Positions 1 to 9,281 of a stretch of 64,000 nucleotides of DNA are shown piece after piece. The notes beneath the pieces are model-generated. The model was not told the DNA's origin, did not search any database, and was given only the letters and a program-made list of their open reading frames with translations. The position numbers were made by a program, and so were the translations under genes. Origin of the DNA: Pseudomonadota bacterium (GTDB lineage: Archaea > Thermoplasmatota > SW-10-69-26 > JACQPN01 > JAJPHT01); the NCBI GenBank assembly GCA_021325135.1, contig JAJPHT010000004.1, forward strand, positions 1 to 64,000, given 5' to 3'. The stretch's first letter is position 1. Each line of letters opens with the position of its first letter.

Positions 1-483
1 CAGCGCATGACCGACTCGGGCCGCCGCGTCCGCTTCCGCATCACCGCGGTCGTGGGCAACAGCGACGGCTACGTCGGCATCGGCCAGGCCCGCGGCAAGG
101 AAGTGGGCCCGGCAATCCGGCGCGCGATCGACGCCGCCAAGCTGAACATCATCGAGGTCCGCCGCGGCGCCGGCAGCTGGGAGTCCGGCAAGGGCGCCCC
201 GCCCACCTCCGTGCCGTTCAAGGTCATCGGCAAGTGCGGCGCCACCGAAGTGACGCTCATGCCGGCGCCCCAGGGCACGGGCCTCGCGACGGGAGACGTC
301 GCGAAGCAGGTGCTCAGGCTCGCGGGCGTCCAGGACGTCTGGAGCTTCGCGCGCGGCCAGACGAAGACGACCATCAACTATGCGAAGGCCGTCTTCAACG
401 CGCTCGAGGTCGCCAGCGCCATGCGCATCCAGGAGCACCACAAGGAGAAGCTGTCCATGGTCGAGGGGAGCGTGGTCCAGTGA
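1..483 (+). CDS. rpsE: 30S ribosomal protein uS5 (5' truncated by window edge)
   Basis: [11 protein letters not shown]...VVGN.DGYVG.G, GSWE, W..ARGQTKT archaeal S5 motifs; frame open to position 1. Confidence 0.97.
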   Translation, partial: QRMTDSGRRVRFRITAVVGNSDGYVGIGQARGKEVGPAIRRAIDAAKLNIIEVRRGAGSWESGKGAPPTSVPFKVIGKCGATEVTLMPAPQGTGLATGDVAKQVLRLAGVQDVWSFARGQTKTTINYAKAVFNALEVASAMRIQEHHKEKLSMVEGSVVQ

Positions 484-956
484 GCCTCATCCTCGTCCGC
501 ATCCGCGGCACCGTGAACGTGACCGGCAAGATCGCCGACACGCTGGACATGCTCCACCTCTCGCGCCCCAACCACGCCGTGGTCATCCCCAAGACGGAGA
601 GCTACCTCGGCATGGTCAACCGCGTGAAGGACTTCGTGGCCTACGGCGACATCGACGCGCAGACCCTGGAGGCCCTCATCAAGGCCCGCGGCCGCGTCAT
701 GGGCGACAAGCCCATCGACGACGCGTTCGTGAAGGCCGCGACCGAGAACAAGTACGCCTCCGTGCAGGCGTTCGCCAAGGCCGTCGCGGACGGCAAGGCG
801 ACGCTCAAGGACCTGGGCGAGGACGCGAAGCCCGTCTTCCGTCTCCACCCCCCCGAGGGCGGCCACAAGGGCTCCACCAAGAAGCACTTCGCCGTCAAGG
901 GCGAGCTGGGCTACCGCGGCAAGGAGATCAACGAGCTCGTCAAGAGGATGATGTAA
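480..956 (+). CDS. rpmD: 50S ribosomal protein uL30 (long archaeal type)
   Basis: GTGA overlap with S5 stop; VRIRG.VNV...DTL.ML.L, FRLHPP.GG, GELGYRG..IN.L. Confidence 0.96.
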   Translation: MSLILVRIRGTVNVTGKIADTLDMLHLSRPNHAVVIPKTESYLGMVNRVKDFVAYGDIDAQTLEALIKARGRVMGDKPIDDAFVKAATENKYASVQAFAKAVADGKATLKDLGEDAKPVFRLHPPEGGHKGSTKKHFAVKGELGYRGKEINELVKRMM

Positions 957-957
957 C

Positions 958-1416
958 ATGGTCGGCTTCAGCAAGAAGCGCAAGTCCTCCAAGCGCCGCG
1001 GCGACCGTGAGATGGGCCGCGGCCGCAAGAAGGGCCGCGGCGCGGGTCTGCGCGGCGGCAAGGGCAACGCGGGCAAGCACAAGCACAAGCGCGTGCACTA
1101 CGCGAAGCTCGGCCAGGAGTTCGGCTACAACAACTACGGCTTCAAGATCCCCGACGAGGCCCAGAAGGTCACGATCGGCGTGAACGTGAGCGAGCTGGAC
1201 ACCGTGCTTCCCCGCCTCGTCGAGATGGGCGAGGCCACCATGGCCAACGGCGTCTACACCATCGACCTCGCGGCGATGGGCGTGGACAAGCTCCTCGGCT
1301 CCGGCCAGGTCCGCAGCAAGATCAACGTCACCGTCGGCTCGGCCACCGAGCAGGCGAAGGCGAAGATCACCGAGGCGGGCGGAAAAGTGATCGAGCCCGC
1401 CGCGGCCGCGCAGTAG
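958..1416 (+). CDS. rplO: 50S ribosomal protein uL15
   Basis: RGAGLRGGKGNAG, KLLGSG, AKAKITEAGG; spc-operon order S5-L30-L15. Confidence 0.97.
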   Translation: MVGFSKKRKSSKRRGDREMGRGRKKGRGAGLRGGKGNAGKHKHKRVHYAKLGQEFGYNNYGFKIPDEAQKVTIGVNVSELDTVLPRLVEMGEATMANGVYTIDLAAMGVDKLLGSGQVRSKINVTVGSATEQAKAKITEAGGKVIEPAAAAQ

Positions 1417-1422
1417 GCGAAC

Positions 1423-1465
1423 CCCGCCGGCCCGCGCGCCGGCGCCCTCTTCTCTTCCTTCTTTG
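1423..1465 (+). terminator. Probable terminator after rplO
   Basis: GC-rich short stem followed by pyrimidine run CTCTTCTCTTCCTTCTTT. Confidence 0.5.
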
Positions 1466-1534
1466 GCCCAGCGAAGCCGCAGGCTGGCGCCAGAATCCTT
1501 ATCCCCCTCGCACCGCGTGGCCAGGGCGAGGCTC

Positions 1535-2653
1535 GTGAGGCTCGCCGCGCTCCTGCTGCTCGCCCTCGTGTGCGCCGGCTGCGTGAGCCACGCCCCCGCG
1601 CCGCCCACGCCGCGACCTCGCGCCGTGGAGCCCGTGGCGCCCCTTGCGCTTGCCCCGCCGCCCGCGCCCCGGCCTCCCCCGCCCACGCTCCAGGCGAGCC
1701 TCTCCCTCTCAGAGCTGTGGCTGAAGCCCCTGGGCGAGGAGACGGCGACGCTGGCCGCGCCCGCCGGGACCTCCGTCTCGTGGTTCGCCAGCATCCGCGG
1801 CATCACCTCGCACCTCCTGGTGTGGAACGACGGCATCTACGTCACCGCGGACCACGTGAACCGCGTCGCGACGTACCCCGCCACGGGCGACCTGCCCCCC
1901 GGCGCCGCCGCCGCGATGCGCCTGCACGAGGCCGGGAGGATGACCTTCGTCTCCACGCACCACCCGGGCGCCTCGCTCGTCGTCACCGTGCGCCCCGACG
2001 CGCCCCCCGAGGCGCGGGCGTTCCTCGTGGGCGAGCCCTGCGCCGAGCGCTTCGTCCCCGACGCCGTCGAGGTGCGCCCCGAGGGCCTCCTCACCTTCCT
2101 CAACGAGGCGCAGACCGTGGGCGACGCCACGGGCACGTCCTTCCTCGTCCTCCTCCCCGAGACGGGGCCCACGCTGCGCGTCACGGGCGTGGACGAGGGG
2201 CTCTACGACCTGCTGGCGGTCGTGCGCGACGGGAGCGGCGCCCAGGCGGAGCTTCGCGGGCGCTTCCTCGTGGACTTCGACCGGCCCGACGCGGAGACGC
2301 GCTTCGGCCCCTACTCCGGCACGTTCGAGCAGCCGGGCGCGGCCAACGCGGTCCTCCCCGGCGCGGCGTTCAGCTTCAACGCGAGCTACCCCGTGCGCTC
2401 GCTGGTGGTGAGCTATCACGCCACAAGCCGCGCGCCCGTCCCCGCCTCCGTGCGCGTGACGCTCCTGCGCGAGGGCGAGCCCGTCGCGTCGGCCTCCAGC
2501 GCCACGAGCCAGGAGCTTCGCCTCTCCGACCTCCCCGCGGGGCGCTACCGCGTGCAGGTGGACGCGGAGCAGGGCGCCCTCGTGGACTGGGACGCCGCGG
2601 CCGACGCCGTGTACCAGCTCCCCGTCCCGCCCGCCGTGGGCGACGCGCCCTGA
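1535..2653 (+). CDS. Hypothetical lipoprotein
   Basis: GTG start, hydrophobic leader ending CAGC, Pro-rich linker, beta-rich body. Confidence 0.7.
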   Translation: MRLAALLLLALVCAGCVSHAPAPPTPRPRAVEPVAPLALAPPPAPRPPPPTLQASLSLSELWLKPLGEETATLAAPAGTSVSWFASIRGITSHLLVWNDGIYVTADHVNRVATYPATGDLPPGAAAAMRLHEAGRMTFVSTHHPGASLVVTVRPDAPPEARAFLVGEPCAERFVPDAVEVRPEGLLTFLNEAQTVGDATGTSFLVLLPETGPTLRVTGVDEGLYDLLAVVRDGSGAQAELRGRFLVDFDRPDAETRFGPYSGTFEQPGAANAVLPGAAFSFNASYPVRSLVVSYHATSRAPVPASVRVTLLREGEPVASASSATSQELRLSDLPAGRYRVQVDAEQGALVDWDAAADAVYQLPVPPAVGDAP

Positions 2654-3111
2654 ACCGGCAGCGCGCGGAACGAGCCGCAGCCGTACTCGTCGAAGAGGAG
2701 GTTGCCCGCACGCAGCACCCAGGCGACGTGCTCCTCCTCCCCCGGCGCGGCGTGCGTCTCGAAGGCCACGTCGACCCCGAAGCTCCCCGAGTCGGGGAGG
2801 AACGTCTCGCGCCGGTCGATGGCGGAGGCGACGGCGGGCGCGCCGGGGCCTGGGCTGTAGGGGCACGGCCCGGCCACGAGGAAGGCCGTGAGCGTAGCGT
2901 GCTGGAGGCCGCTGGTGGTGCCAGTGGCGTTGGCGAACACGCGCAGCGCGCCCGTGAGGAGGTCGTAGTCCACGCGGGGAGCGCTTTCGCGCAGCGAGGC
3001 GTTGCCGAAGCTGGGACCCACCCCGACGGAGCCCACGTCCAGGGGCCACGCGGCGAGGCAGCCCGCGAGGGCGACCGCGAAGGCGAGCGCGAGCAGCAGG
3101 CGGACCCGCAT
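2545..3111 (-). CDS. Hypothetical lipoprotein
   Basis: MRVRLLLALAFAVALAGC lipobox; 3' end overlaps the convergent gene by 109 nt. Confidence 0.6.
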   Translation of the reverse strand: MRVRLLLALAFAVALAGCLAAWPLDVGSVGVGPSFGNASLRESAPRVDYDLLTGALRVFANATGTTSGLQHATLTAFLVAGPCPYSPGPGAPAVASAIDRRETFLPDSGSFGVDVAFETHAAPGEEEHVAWVLRAGNLLFDEYGCGSFRALPVQGASPTAGGTGSWYTASAAASQSTRAPCSASTCTR

Positions 3112-3171
3112 GCGACCCGCGCGCCTTGCGGAGGCTTCCCTCTTCGCCGGAAGCTTCCCGCGCGTCGAGGG

Positions 3172-3177
3172 TTATAA
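3172..3177 (+). promoter_or_regulatory. TATA box upstream of trpS (possibly bidirectional)
   Basis: Palindromic TTATAA about 25 nt before the GTG start in a very GC-rich background, between divergent genes. Confidence 0.55.
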
Positions 3178-3201
3178 GGCGGGGAGGGGTTCGGGCCCCT
3201 T

Positions 3202-4527
3202 GTGAGGATCGACCCCTGGGCCTCGCAGCAGAGCACCGACTACGCGAGGCTGCGCAACGAGTTCGGCATCCAGGCCTTCGACCCGGAGACCGTGCCCGAG
3301 CCCAGCGCGCTCATGCAGCGCGGCGTCATCTTCGGCCAGCGCGGCTTCGACCTCGTGGCGCGCGCCATCCGCCGCGGCGAGCCCTTCGGCGTCCTCACGG
3401 GCCTCATGCCCAGCGGCCCCATGCACCTGGGGCACAAGCTGGTCATGGACCAGGTCATCTGGTACCAGCGCCTCGGCGCGGACGTGACCATTACCGTGGC
3501 GGACGTGGAGGCGTGGGCCACGCGCAACATGAGCCTGGAGAAGGCGCGCGAGTACGCGGAGCGCTACTACCTCCCCTACTACCTCGCGCTGGGGTTGGAG
3601 CCCAAGGGCGCGCAGATCTACTTCCAGAGCAAGCGCGCGTCGGTGAAGGACCTCTCGTGGAAGCTGGGCCGCAAGGTCAACTGGAGCACCATGGAGGCCA
3701 TCTACGGCTTCGGCGGGACGACCAACATGGCGCACGCCGTGGCGCCCCTCGTGCAGGTGGGCGACATCCTCCACGTGCAGCTCCCCGAGAACGGCGGCCC
3801 GCGCCCCGTGGTGGTGCCCGTCGGCGTCGACCAGGACCCGCACATCCGCCTCACGCGCGACCTCGCGCAGGCCAACCGCACCTTCAACGTGCAGCCGCAC
3901 AAGGACGACAAGCTGGGCGACGTGCTGGGCGTCTTCGTGAAGACCGACGAGAAGGTCGAGGCGTGGCTCGCCGCCGCCAAGGCCGCGCTGGAGAAGATCG
4001 GCTACAGCGACCTCAAGCTCAACGCGCCCTACAAGGCGCTCTACATCCCCAGCGGCAGCGCGGCGGACGTGCCCGCGGTGGACGAGGCGCTGGCGCAGCT
4101 GGAGATGCGCAAGGGCGCCTTCGGCTTCCTGCCCCCCGCCGCGACGTACCACCGCTTCATGCAGGGGCTCCAGGGCGGCAAGATGAGCAGCAGCAAGCCC
4201 GAGAGCCACATCTCCCTGGAGGACTCGCCCGACGAGGCCGCCAAGAAGATGGGCGCCGCGATGACCGGCGGGCGCGAGACCGCGGAGGAGCAGCGCCGGC
4301 TGGGCGGCCGCGCCGAGGAGTGCATGGTCTACGAGACCTACGTCTACCACCTCGTCCCCGAGCAGAAGGAGCTGGCGAAGCTCTACGAGGACTGCAAGAG
4401 CGGGCGGATGCTCTGCGGCGAGTGCAAGGGCATCGCCAAGGAGAAGATCCGCGCGTTCATGAAGGACGTCCACGAGAAGAAGGCGGCGCGCGAGCACCTG
4501 GTCAAGGAAATCGTGCGCGAGGCCTGA
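3202..4527 (+). CDS. trpS: Tryptophan--tRNA ligase
   Basis: PSGPMHLGH (HIGH), GVDQDPH, KMSSS, C-terminal C-x23-C-x6-C-x2-C. Confidence 0.97.
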   Translation: MRIDPWASQQSTDYARLRNEFGIQAFDPETVPEPSALMQRGVIFGQRGFDLVARAIRRGEPFGVLTGLMPSGPMHLGHKLVMDQVIWYQRLGADVTITVADVEAWATRNMSLEKAREYAERYYLPYYLALGLEPKGAQIYFQSKRASVKDLSWKLGRKVNWSTMEAIYGFGGTTNMAHAVAPLVQVGDILHVQLPENGGPRPVVVPVGVDQDPHIRLTRDLAQANRTFNVQPHKDDKLGDVLGVFVKTDEKVEAWLAAAKAALEKIGYSDLKLNAPYKALYIPSGSAADVPAVDEALAQLEMRKGAFGFLPPAATYHRFMQGLQGGKMSSSKPESHISLEDSPDEAAKKMGAAMTGGRETAEEQRRLGGRAEECMVYETYVYHLVPEQKELAKLYEDCKSGRMLCGECKGIAKEKIRAFMKDVHEKKAAREHLVKEIVREA

Positions 4528-4581
4528 GCCTTCGCCCCCTGTACCTCAACGGCGAAACGGGCCCCCTGCGGGCCCTTGGCC

Positions 4582-5112
4582 ATGGACGCTCCCGTGGTGC
4601 GCCCGCGCCTCGCCGCGCCCGGCCTGGCGGCGCCCGGCTCGGTGAACCTGCCCGACGCGACGGAGACCGACGCCGGCGTCCGCATGGCCGCCCTCCTGGG
4701 GCGCGCGACGCGCCTCGCGGACCTGCGCGCCGCCCTCGACGCCGTGACGCTTGAGGAGGTGGCGGACGCCGCGCGCTTCTCCCGCGAAGGGTACGCGCGG
4801 GTGCTTCTCGCCCGCTCGGAGGGGGCCGAGATCCTCATCCTGGGCTGGCTGCCGGGCCAGCGCTCCCTCGTCCACGACCACGGCGTCAGCCACGGCTTCG
4901 TGAAGGTGCTCGCCGGCGAGGGCGTGGACGACTCCTTCGCCTTGGAGGGCGGGCGCGCCGTGCTCGTGGAGCGGACGGGCTTCGAGGCGGGCGCCCTGCT
5001 GGAGGAGCGCCCCGACCAGGTCCACCGCGTGGCCAACGCGGGGAGCAACGTACTCATCACCCTGCACGCGTACGCCCCTTGCCTCCGGGGCGCCCGCACC
5101 TATGACGAATGA
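4582..5112 (+). CDS. Cysteine dioxygenase family (cupin) protein
   Basis: YAR, W.PGQ.S.VHDH, VHRV.N, TLHAY.P motifs of CDO type I. Confidence 0.85.
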   Translation: MDAPVVRPRLAAPGLAAPGSVNLPDATETDAGVRMAALLGRATRLADLRAALDAVTLEEVADAARFSREGYARVLLARSEGAEILILGWLPGQRSLVHDHGVSHGFVKVLAGEGVDDSFALEGGRAVLVERTGFEAGALLEERPDQVHRVANAGSNVLITLHAYAPCLRGARTYDE

Positions 5113-6118
5113 CGCCGAGCCCGTGACGCGCGAGCCGCTCAACGCCCACACGCCGGCCGCCGCGCTGGCGGAGCGCGTGACGCCCACGCGGGCGTTCTAC
5201 GTGCGCAACCACTTCCCCATGCCGAAGGTCGACGCCGCCTCGTGGCGCCTGCGCCTGCCGGGGCGCGAGGTCGCGCTGGCCGACCTGCGCGCGATGCCGC
5301 AGCGCTCGCTGGAGGTCGTGCTGGAGTGCGCCGGCAACGGCCGCACGCGCATGAGCCCGCTGCCGCCGGGCACGCCGTGGGGCGAGCGCGCGGTGGCGTG
5401 CGCGGGGTTCTCGGGCGTGCCGCTGCGCGACCTTCTTCCGCCGCTGCCGCCCGGCACGCGGGAGCTTCTCTTCGTGGGCGCGGACGAGGGCGAGGCGCAC
5501 GGCAAGAGCATGGCCTACGAGCGCAGCCTCCCCGTGGAGCGCGCTCTGCATCCCGACACGCTGGTCGTCCTGGCCATGAACGGCGAGCCGCTGACGCCCG
5601 AGCACGGCGCGCCCGCGCGGCTCCTCGTCCCCGGCTGGTACGGCATGGCCAGCGTGAAGTGGCTCGTGGAGGTGCGCGCCCTGCGCGAGCCGTTCCGCGG
5701 CTTCTACCAGGCGGAGCACTACGTCTACCGGGAGCAGCGCGGCGGCGCGCCCGACGCGCCCGTCACGACGACGCGCGTGAAGTCCCTCATCGCCGAGCCC
5801 CGGGAGGGCGCGCAGGTCCGCGTGGGCGCGCGCGTCCGCGTCGCGGGGCACGCCTGGAGCGGCGCCGCGGCCATCCGCAAGGTGGAGGTCTCGGACGACG
5901 GGGGCCGCACCTGGAGCGCAGCGCGGCTGGAGTCGCCCGCCTCGCCCTACGCGTGGACGCCCTGGACGTTCGACTGGACGCCCGCCCGGCCGGGGCGGAT
6001 CGCGCTGCTCGCCCGGGCGACGGACGCCGCCGGGAACGCGCAGCCCCTGGAGGCGCCGTGGAATGCCCTGGGGTACGGCAACCACGAGTGCGCGCACGTC
6101 GACGTGGACGCGCGGTGA
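5102..6118 (+). CDS. Sulfite oxidase family molybdoenzyme (Moco plus dimerisation domains, no heme domain)
   Basis: FYVRNH, LECAGNGR (Mo-ligand Cys), HGAPARL.VPGWYG.ASVKW, WN..GYGN. Confidence 0.93.
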   Translation: MTNDAEPVTREPLNAHTPAAALAERVTPTRAFYVRNHFPMPKVDAASWRLRLPGREVALADLRAMPQRSLEVVLECAGNGRTRMSPLPPGTPWGERAVACAGFSGVPLRDLLPPLPPGTRELLFVGADEGEAHGKSMAYERSLPVERALHPDTLVVLAMNGEPLTPEHGAPARLLVPGWYGMASVKWLVEVRALREPFRGFYQAEHYVYREQRGGAPDAPVTTTRVKSLIAEPREGAQVRVGARVRVAGHAWSGAAAIRKVEVSDDGGRTWSAARLESPASPYAWTPWTFDWTPARPGRIALLARATDAAGNAQPLEAPWNALGYGNHECAHVDVDAR

Positions 6119-6456
6119 GAGGATGCGAGGCCGCCCTGTCAGACACTCGGGGGAAGCTTCGAGGGCGGCCCCGGCCCCGTGCCCAACAAGAGCGCGAAGG
6201 CAAGGCCCCCATGCGCGGCCATGGTTTTGCCTTGCCGGTCACCCCTCGTGATTTTCACAAGACCGCTCCAGAATTCCGAACCGAGTCGTGAATCTGACGG
6301 GCGTGGGCCCGCCTTCCTGGCCGCATTCTGCTAGTCCATTCGCTTTCCCGCGACTTGTCAGGCTGCTCCGGGAGCGGCCTCGGGGGACGCCCCGCCGGCG
6401 GTCGCGCCGGGGGAAAACGATTTAGGGCGCTCCCCGGCATCCCCGCCCGACCCGCC

Positions 6457-7965
6457 ATGCAGGAGCTCTCCCCCATCGAGAAGCGCGTCCTCCTCGCCCT
6501 GGGCACGCTGGGCGAGCACGCGACCCCGGAGCAGATCCAGCAGGCCGGCGGCTTCGGCGAGCTCGTCCAGGTCATGAACGGCTCCTCCTGGCTCCAGGCC
6601 AAGGGGCTCGTGCGCCACGAGGAGACGATGCGCGTCTTCGTGGGCCTGGGCCGGGAGGGCGAGGACGCGGTGCGCGACGGCCTGCCCGAGCGCAAGGTCG
6701 TGAAGCTCCTCCAGCGCGCCGGCGGCGCGATGCCCCTCGCCGACCTCCAGCAGGCCATGGACGCCGCCGAGGTCAACGTCGCCACGGGCTGGCTGCGCCG
6801 CAAGGGGCTCGCCCTGGTGGAGCGCCGCCCCGAGGGGAACGTCCTCTCGCTCACCGACAAGGGGCGCCACGAGGTCCACGGCCCCGACGAGGAGGTCCTC
6901 GCGCAGCTGGCCGGCGGCGAGCGCCCCGAGGGCGAGATCGACCCCGAGGGGCTCAAGCTCCTCCTCCAGCGGCAGAACGTCGTGCGCCGCCGCGAGGAGA
7001 TCACGCGCCTCATCCACCTCACGAAGAAGGGGCACCTCCTCCTGGAGAAGGGCATCGAGGTCAAGCCCGAGGTCAACGAGCTGACCACCGACCTCGTGGG
7101 CTCCGGCAAGTGGCGCGACGTGGACATCCGCCCCTACGACGTGACCTCCTTCGCGCCCACCGCCATCGGGGGCCGCAAGCACCCGCTCCGCCAGATCATC
7201 GACAAGATCCGCCAGGCGTTCCTGGAGATGGGCTTCAGCGAGATCGAAGGCCCCACGGTGCGCAGCGCGTTCTGGAACATGGACGCGCTCTTCACGCCGC
7301 AGGACCACCCCGCCCGCGCGATGCAGGACACGTTCTACCTCAACACGCCCGCGCGCTTCCAGTTGAAGGACTCCGAGGTCGCGCTGGTGAAGGCCATCCA
7401 CGAGCACGGCGGCGAGACCGGCAGCCGCGGCTGGCGCAACGCGTGGAGCCGCGAGATCGGCGAGCAGCCCCTCCTGCGCACGCACACCACCGTCGACACC
7501 ATCCAGTGGCTCGCGCGCCACCCCGCGCCCCCGGTGAAGGTCTTCTCCGTGGACCGCGTGTTCCGCAACGAGGCCATCGACGCCACGCACCTGCCCGAGT
7601 TCCACCAGGTGGAGGGCATCGTCATGGAGGAGGGCGCGAACCTGCGCCAGCTCATCGGCCTCCTCAAGCAGTTCTACAGCAAGATGGGCTTCGACGACGT
7701 GCAGGTGCGCGCCTCGTACTACCCCTACACCGAGCCCTCGCTGGACGTGGCCGTGTGGTACAACAACCGCTGGCTGGAGCTTGGCGGCGCGGGCATCTTC
7801 CGCCCCGAGGTCGTCGAGCCCTGGGGCATCAAGCCCCCCAACCGCGTGCTGGCGTGGGGCCTCGGGCTTGAGAGGCTCGGCATGCTCATGCTGGGCCTCA
7901 AGGACCTGCGCGAGCTGTACGTCAGCGACGTGGACTGGCTCCGGAGCCAGCCGCTCATCGAGTGA
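6457..7965 (+). CDS. pheS: Phenylalanine--tRNA ligase alpha subunit (archaeal type)
   Basis: WN.DALF.PQDHPAR.MQDTF, LRTHTT, FRNE..DATHLPEFHQ, YPYTEPS, WGLGLER. Confidence 0.97.
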   Translation: MQELSPIEKRVLLALGTLGEHATPEQIQQAGGFGELVQVMNGSSWLQAKGLVRHEETMRVFVGLGREGEDAVRDGLPERKVVKLLQRAGGAMPLADLQQAMDAAEVNVATGWLRRKGLALVERRPEGNVLSLTDKGRHEVHGPDEEVLAQLAGGERPEGEIDPEGLKLLLQRQNVVRRREEITRLIHLTKKGHLLLEKGIEVKPEVNELTTDLVGSGKWRDVDIRPYDVTSFAPTAIGGRKHPLRQIIDKIRQAFLEMGFSEIEGPTVRSAFWNMDALFTPQDHPARAMQDTFYLNTPARFQLKDSEVALVKAIHEHGGETGSRGWRNAWSREIGEQPLLRTHTTVDTIQWLARHPAPPVKVFSVDRVFRNEAIDATHLPEFHQVEGIVMEEGANLRQLIGLLKQFYSKMGFDDVQVRASYYPYTEPSLDVAVWYNNRWLELGGAGIFRPEVVEPWGIKPPNRVLAWGLGLERLGMLMLGLKDLRELYVSDVDWLRSQPLIE

Positions 7966-8034
7966 CGTCCCGCGGGGCGGGTCCCGCCCTCCGCCCGGCA
8001 AGACGCCAGGCCTCCTTGGAGGCCAGACGACGGG

Positions 8035-8094
8035 GGGTCACGTGACCGGTCACGTGACGCGCTGCGCTGTATCACGTGACCGGTCACGTGACCC
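8035..8094. repeat. Nested palindrome: 23-bp perfect inverted repeat containing four CACGTG cores
   Basis: GGGTCACGTGACCGGTCACGTGA (8035-8057), 14-nt spacer, TCACGTGACCGGTCACGTGACCC (8072-8094). Confidence 0.95.
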
Positions 8095-8169
8095 GTTCAC
8101 CCGCGGCGTTCCTGGCGCCGTGGCGTCTTGGCGGCCCAAAAAGCGACTCGCACCCACGACCCAAGGATA

Positions 8170-8682
8170 TCAAGACGACGCGATCGCGCCGCCGCGCAGG
8201 TCGAACTCCAGCGGCGCGGGCGAGGTGCAGGGCGCGTCGCGGCCGTGGTCGTCGATGACGCACAGGAGGGAGACGACGTAGTGGCCGTCGGGGAGCGTGC
8301 CGGTCACGACGAGGTCCACCGAGGCGGGGCTGGTCTGGAAGCTCTGCGGCGCGAGGCGCTGCTCCAGCGCGGTGCCGTTGATGCGCCAGTTGGGGCCGTC
8401 GCGGCCGACGTGCCAGCCGTCGCGCAGGATGAGGCTCCACGCGTTGTCCACGGGGCCGTGGACGTAGGTGAGGAGCGTGGCCTTGCCGCCGGGCGCGTAG
8501 GCGCCGTTGAGCACGAACGCGCGCGGGCCGGTCACGGTGCCGGGGCCGTGGTGCGCGGTGGCGCCGTAGGCGTAGCCCGACCCCGCCGCGGGGTCCGTGG
8601 GCCCGGTCGCGCCGGGGGCCTGCGTGGAGCAGCCCGCGAGGAGAAGGGCGAAGGCCAGGGCGATCAGGGGCGCGGCGCGCAT
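8170..8682 (-). CDS. Hypothetical lipoprotein
   Basis: MRAAPLIALAFALLLAGC lipobox. Confidence 0.75.
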   Translation of the reverse strand: MRAAPLIALAFALLLAGCSTQAPGATGPTDPAAGSGYAYGATAHHGPGTVTGPRAFVLNGAYAPGGKATLLTYVHGPVDNAWSLILRDGWHVGRDGPNWRINGTALEQRLAPQSFQTSPASVDLVVTGTLPDGHYVVSLLCVIDDHGRDAPCTSPAPLEFDLRGGAIASS

Positions 8683-8749
8683 AGGGCCCCGCGGAGGGAG
8701 CGAACCCTCCGCAGGACCTGTTGGTTCCTCCATGACGGTTCAGCGTCAA

Positions 8750-9112
8750 TTAGGCATCGGGCTTGCCGGCCTTCGCATCGAGGCGGAGCGCCTTGGCGTC
8801 GTGGTGGCGCCAGTGAATGGCCTCGAAGAGGGCGTGGAAGCCGTCGCGGATGCAGTGCGCCCACGAGCGCTGCTCGTCGTGGGTCGCGTTCTGGTGGTCG
8901 AGGGTGGTGTCGTGGCACCCGTCGCGCACGCCCTTCATGGCGGCGAGGAGGCCCTCCAGCGCGTCGTGGCGCTCCGAGGTGCGGTTGCCCCCGTCCTGCG
9001 CCTTGGCGGCGACGTCGGAGGGCGCGCCCTTCTCGCCGCCGCGGGCGGCGAAGGCGACGGGCGCGGCGAGGAGTCCGAGGGCGAGGATGGCAGCGATCAG
9101 GAATGGTCGCAT
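8750..9112 (-). CDS. Small secreted His-rich hypothetical protein
   Basis: Signal peptide MRPFLIAAILALGLLAAPVAFA; two Cys; several His. Confidence 0.7.
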   Translation of the reverse strand: MRPFLIAAILALGLLAAPVAFAARGGEKGAPSDVAAKAQDGGNRTSERHDALEGLLAAMKGVRDGCHDTTLDHQNATHDEQRSWAHCIRDGFHALFEAIHWRHHDAKALRLDAKAGKPDA

Positions 9113-9281
9113 GGCCGCAAGGACGGGTGCCGGCCATATCAAGGAGTTCCGGCAAACCTCGAAGAATCCTCGGGCGGACGTCGAAGGGTCGAGTTTTCCT
9201 CACGATTTTCCTCCGCAAGCGGCTTCCATGGTGCAGGGGATCGGGCGACCCCCGGTCCTCGGGCCGGGACGGAGGCATCCC

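Noticed and set aside
2545-2653. Convergent 3' overlaps (also 38584-38678, 58941-58976) as antisense regulation
   Set aside because: Stop codons are scarce in high-GC DNA, so run-on tails explain them
6119-6456. Structured RNA or leader upstream of pheS
   Set aside because: Two GC hairpins are present but no recognisable family; could be chance at this GC content
8035-8094. Possible mini-CRISPR
   Set aside because: Only two units, 14-nt spacer, no cas genes
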